From assembly GCF_009914755.1 (NCBI RefSeq), contig NC_060926.1: DNA of 64,000 nucleotides; one strand, given 5' to 3'. Positions 62,720 to 64,000 of this stretch are shown here, piece after piece; the first letter of the stretch is position 1, and every line of letters starts with the position of its first letter. Source of the stretch: the human T2T-CHM13v2.0 reference genome, Homo sapiens. The translations under genes were made by a program, and so were the position numbers. Under the pieces are notes generated by a model. That model did no database searches. It was given only the letters and a program-made list of their open reading frames with translations, and had not been told where the DNA came from.

Positions 62720-63480
62720 GGATTAAATGTTTGATGATGCTGTCACTAGCAAATTTAACTCTAATGAGTTTAATAAAAACAAACAAAAATAAATAACTCC
62801 TGCGGTAGGACCTGACCCACATCTCAAACCGGGTTAACAGGACAAAGACTTCCCTCGGCTCTCAGCTCTGCTGCCTTGGGGCCAAACCTATTCTAGGCAT
62901 CACTTGCTTGTAAGGCAGCTGTAGCAGTTCTAGTGTGCTGGTCCTCTCTGTGCACCTGTGGGACAACAGTTCATTTTGTAGGGAGCACAGATTCAATTCA
63001 GGTGCTGAATGCCCTTGGCCCTGATGGGCTTGATTTGCATCACATGTTTCTGTCTGAACCTTATGCTTGATTACAGAACCAAAATGGCTAATTAGCCGGT
63101 CTAGATCAAATGCTATGTCTTCACAACTTTATATTTATATTTATTGAACATAATAGAGAGGTAGTTTCCCCCAAGACACTGCAATGCAGGTATTTGAAGG
63201 GGAAATGGTTGATGCTGTAAGGCAAAAATAACAGCCACTGATTACATTTCGCCCCTTTTTGCAGCTACTTCTTCGCATCCACATGTCTATAAGAATGTCC
63301 GTGCCCTCCTGAAACATACCACTTCCTAAATTCATCAGGATAATCCACCCGGCTCAAGGTCAAGGTTAAGGATCTCTCATCCACATGCAGTTCTTTCAGT
63401 CAGACCTGATCTAGCTCCTCATGGTTGGGTGGTCTACAGACAAGTGATAAGTTAAACCATTCCCCATGCGCCCAATATGC
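62720..63480 (-). mobile_element. Old MLT1 (J/K-like) LTR with possible internal sequence
   Basis: tctcagctctgct...ctgatgggcttg...tcacatg...ctgaacc; highly diverged. Confidence 0.4.
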
Positions 63481-63696
63481 AAAAACAGAGACAATGAGAC
63501 TTGTTTTGGAGGCAGGGGAAGCAACTTCCCTTTGAAGATGCTCCCTGGTGAATGTCCCGTAACTGAAAGGACAGTGAGGTTTCTCTAGCTGGCTGTGAAG
63601 TTTCTTAATCAGTTATCCTGACTGCCCTGGTTTTATTCTTAGGAGAATCACCTTTGTCTGTGGTTCTCCAGGACCACGTGGGAGGTCACTTTGGGA

Positions 63697-63959
63697 GCCA
63701 CTTTGAAAGAAGTAAAAAGAAACAGGTGGAGTCAATTGTAATACATTTTTAATTTTACCTACTACATCCAAAATGTTATCATTTCATCATGTAAACAATA
63801 TAAAAGTTACCAATGAGCTATTCTACATTCTTATTTTTCTATTAAGTGTTTGAAATCTGGTGTGTGTTTTTCAATTACAGTATATCTCAATTTGGGCTAA
63901 CTCATTTCAAGTGCTCAATAGTGACACCTGGCTAGTGAGTACCCTATTGGGCAGTACAA
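63697..63959 (+). mobile_element. MER33 hAT DNA transposon (5'-truncated)
   Basis: aagtaaaaagaaacaggtg...tttgaaatctggtgtgt...catttcaagtgctcaatag...tggctagtg. Confidence 0.85.
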
Positions 63960-64000
63960 ATATAGATAAAGAAGAGCTATAAAGAATTTTAAGAAAAAAC

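Overview
Repeat-rich, AT-rich mammalian non-coding DNA. It is almost certainly human: it contains an AluYa5 carrying all five diagnostic changes and a perfect 16-bp TSD. I found no credible protein-coding gene, RNA gene or CRISPR-like system. The listed ORFs are Alu, L1, ERV or microsatellite translations, or chance ORFs. Recognisable content: about 17 Alu elements (J, S, Y, Ya5), young and old L1 fragments, L2/MIR/L3 relics, MaLR LTRs (THE1, MST, MLT1), ERVL-class LTRs (MLT2, LTR16, LTR33), a MER34/39-type LTR, hAT DNA transposons (MER58A, MER5, MER45B, MER33) and microsatellites. The most unusual structure is a 3.6-kb block at 42582-46182 inside an L3 relic, bounded by one 5-bp TSD (CCATT). 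It has a MaLR (MST) LTR plus MaLR internal sequence at one end, ERVL integrase/dUTPase plus an MLT2 LTR at the other, and the integrase N-terminal half is inverted. Other points of note are a ~160-bp diverged local duplicate sitting inside an LTR16, a near-perfect 66-bp tandem duplication, and a 30-bp minisatellite grown from a MIR B-box region. Subfamily calls come from recalled consensus motifs, not a database search, and boundaries of old repeats are approximate.
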